From Nanobdellota archaeon (GTDB lineage Archaea > Nanobdellota > Nanobdellia > Woesearchaeales > JAHWHD01), in the NCBI GenBank assembly GCA_034722435.1, contig JAYENX010000027.1, forward strand, positions 1 through 14,306: 14,306 bases of DNA, given 5' to 3'. The notes beneath the pieces are model-generated. The model did no database searches. It had not been told where the DNA came from and worked only from the letters and a program-made list of their open reading frames with translations. Both the position numbers and the translations under genes were made by a program. The number at the start of each line of letters is the position of its first letter. The stretch's first letter is position 1. Of this stretch, positions 12,593-14,306 are shown one piece after another.

Positions 12593-14306
12593 ATGAGGTG
12601 TGTAAAGTTATTTTTATGTATAGTTATATTTATTCTAGTTTCTAGTTTGTGTTATGCTGCGCAGGTTGAGGATTTAGTTTTTGATTCTTTAGATTCTGAT
12701 GGTGAAGTTGATGTTATTGTTGTGTTGAAAGATACTTCTGCAATTGAAACTGCAAATAAGTTTGTGGTTCAGGCTAAAGCAGAGAATAAGTTTAATGTTC
12801 TTGAGAATAAGAAAAAAGAGATTAAAAAAAATCAGGATAAAGTTTTGAATAAACATAAAAATTTTAAGGCTAAACATGTATATAGTACAATTAATGCTTT
12901 CTCTGGGAAAGTTGATAGTGCTACTTTAGCTGATTTACAGAATGATCCTGATGTTGAGAGAGTTCTTTTTGATAAATCTTTAAAGATTCAATTAACTGAT
13001 AGTGTTCCTTTAATCAGTGCTGATGATGTTTGGAAAAGGCAAATTAATGGGTTTAATATTACGGGTAAAGGAGTGGGTGTTTGCGTTATTGATAGTGGTA
13101 TTGATTATACACATGAAAGTTTAGGTGCTTGTAGTCCCACACAATTAACCCTTGGCGGGAATAATGAAAGTTATGTTTTAGAGTCAATTCACCCTTATGC
13201 AAATAGTTTTGATTATATGTGGAAAATAACTAAGCAAGGATATAATAATATTTCAGTTCATTTTCAAAATATTTCACTAGAGTATCCTGGTCAGGACGGG
13301 TATGATACTGCTGATAGGATTCTCATATATAATTCTAATAAAGAGCAAATTGCAGTTTATCATGGTGCGGCAGGAGGGCTTGCTGATATTTGGACTCCTT
13401 ATTCTGAAGGAGATACGATTTATATAAGATTAGTTACAGATGGTTCTGTAACTGACTATGGTTTTTACATAGATGAAACTAGGAATGGTACAACCGATAC
13501 ATCTTATGATTGGAGTGCTTGTAAAAAAGTAATTGGTGGTTGGGATTTTATCAATAATGATGGGTTGCCGATGGATGATAATGGTCACGGAACGCATGTA
13601 GCAGGAATTGTTGCAGCTAATGGTTCTGTGATTGGTGTAGCTCCTGAAGCTTCTTTGGTAGCTATTAAATCTATGGATTCTTCAGGGAGTGGACAGGATT
13701 CGAATATTGCTGCTGGTATTGATTGGTGTGTGAATAATTCTTTAGTTCATAATATTTCTGTAATAACTATGAGTATTGGAGGTGGTGGTCCTTATACTGA
13801 TTTAAATTGTCCAGTTAATGCTTTTTTAATTGAAGCAAGTTTGCAATCAGCTCATCAGGCAGGAATATTTGTTGCTATTGCTTCAGGTAATGATGGATTT
13901 TCAAATGGACTTTCTTATCCTGCTTGTTCTCCTTATGCAATTTCTGTAGGTGCTACAGATAAGAGCGATAATATGGCAAGTTATAGTAATACGGGTTCAA
14001 ACCTTGATTTGGTGGCTCCGGGTAGTAGTATAATCTCTACTAAGGTAGGAGGAGGTTCGTATTTAAATTCGGGTACTTCGATGGCGTGTCCGCATGTTGC
14101 TGGAGTCGCTGCTTTAATAATGCAAGAGCGAAATGAATTGGGTTTAATTGCATACGGTCATGATCGGCTTGAAGAGTTAATGAAAAATTCATCTTTAGTA
14201 AATGTAACTGATGTTTATGATTTTCCAAGAGTTGAAGCTTATCGTGCGTTAAATGATGCGTGTGATGGGGCGGACTCTAGTTATAGAAATACTACTTATT
14301 ATTATG
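12593..14306 (+). CDS. Secreted subtilisin-like serine protease (peptidase S8) with an I9-like propeptide and an internal CUB-like insertion; 3'-truncated by the window edge
   Basis: I translated it by hand: open from ATG 12593 to the end of the window (571 codons). Signal peptide MRCVKLFLCIVIFILVSSLCYA; propeptide VDVIVVLKD...YSTINAFSG...DPDVERV; catalytic D167 (VIDSGIDYTH, 13091), H332 (HGTHVAG, 13586), oxyanion N433 (ASGNDG, 13889) and S496 (GTSMACPHVAG, 14078). Confidence 0.96.
   Translation, partial: MRCVKLFLCIVIFILVSSLCYAAQVEDLVFDSLDSDGEVDVIVVLKDTSAIETANKFVVQAKAENKFNVLENKKKEIKKNQDKVLNKHKNFKAKHVYSTINAFSGKVDSATLADLQNDPDVERVLFDKSLKIQLTDSVPLISADDVWKRQINGFNITGKGVGVCVIDSGIDYTHESLGACSPTQLTLGGNNESYVLESIHPYANSFDYMWKITKQGYNNISVHFQNISLEYPGQDGYDTADRILIYNSNKEQIAVYHGAAGGLADIWTPYSEGDTIYIRLVTDGSVTDYGFYIDETRNGTTDTSYDWSACKKVIGGWDFINNDGLPMDDNGHGTHVAGIVAANGSVIGVAPEASLVAIKSMDSSGSGQDSNIAAGIDWCVNNSLVHNISVITMSIGGGGPYTDLNCPVNAFLIEASLQSAHQAGIFVAIASGNDGFSNGLSYPACSPYAISVGATDKSDNMASYSNTGSNLDLVAPGSSIISTKVGGGSYLNSGTSMACPHVAGVAALIMQERNELGLIAYGHDRLEELMKNSSLVNVTDVYDFPRVEAYRALNDACDGADSSYRNTTYYY

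Noticed and set aside
253-14228. Shadow ORFs 253-567, 837-1037, 1402-1638, 1418-1609, 2023-2355, 3046-3267, 5612-5956, 7844-8044, 8325-8543, 11930-12163, 12689-12877 and 14040-14228
   Set aside because: Each lies antisense to a well-supported gene and has no recognisable motifs. Strand skew and codon structure explain them (for example 2023-2355 is the mirror of the poly-Lys region).
1-14306. CRISPR arrays, tRNA/rRNA genes, transposases, integrases, inteins and frameshifted pseudogenes
   Set aside because: I saw no regularly spaced repeats, cloverleaf-compatible GC-rich segment, mobile-element motifs or broken frames. No spacer except 1-292 exceeds about 175 nt, and all are AT-rich.

Overview
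A 14.3-kb, AT-rich, gene-dense window that looks archaeal, most likely a DPANN (Woesearchaeota-like) chromosome. This is inferred from TATA-box promoters 20-26 nt before most start codons, an archaeal GAGGTG ribosome-binding site, a COG1361 S-layer-domain gene and several DPANN-style hypotheticals. Contents from left to right: a T-rich non-coding stretch; a small CARF-like protein; an RsmC/MTS-family methyltransferase; a Lys-rich single-pass membrane protein; a MacB/FtsX-type ABC system (ATPase, COG1361 protein with a PLDc_N-like tail, two paralogous permeases); a Tam41/Mmp37-like nucleotidyltransferase head-to-head with a Dgk1/SEC59 (COG0170)-family membrane kinase-like gene; queH; a secreted orphan; a GNAT acetyltransferase; queA; a two-site zinc-binding protein; a small orphan; and a 3'-truncated subtilase that is missing from the ORF track (12593 to the window end). 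The most interesting signals are (1) the Tam41-like plus lipid-kinase-like divergent pair, a candidate lipid salvage/activation module, (2) a CUB-like domain inserted inside the subtilase catalytic domain between two Cys, and (3) bacterial-type queuosine genes in an apparent archaeon. I saw no tRNA, rRNA, CRISPR array or mobile element. All family assignments are by-eye motif recognition, not database searches.
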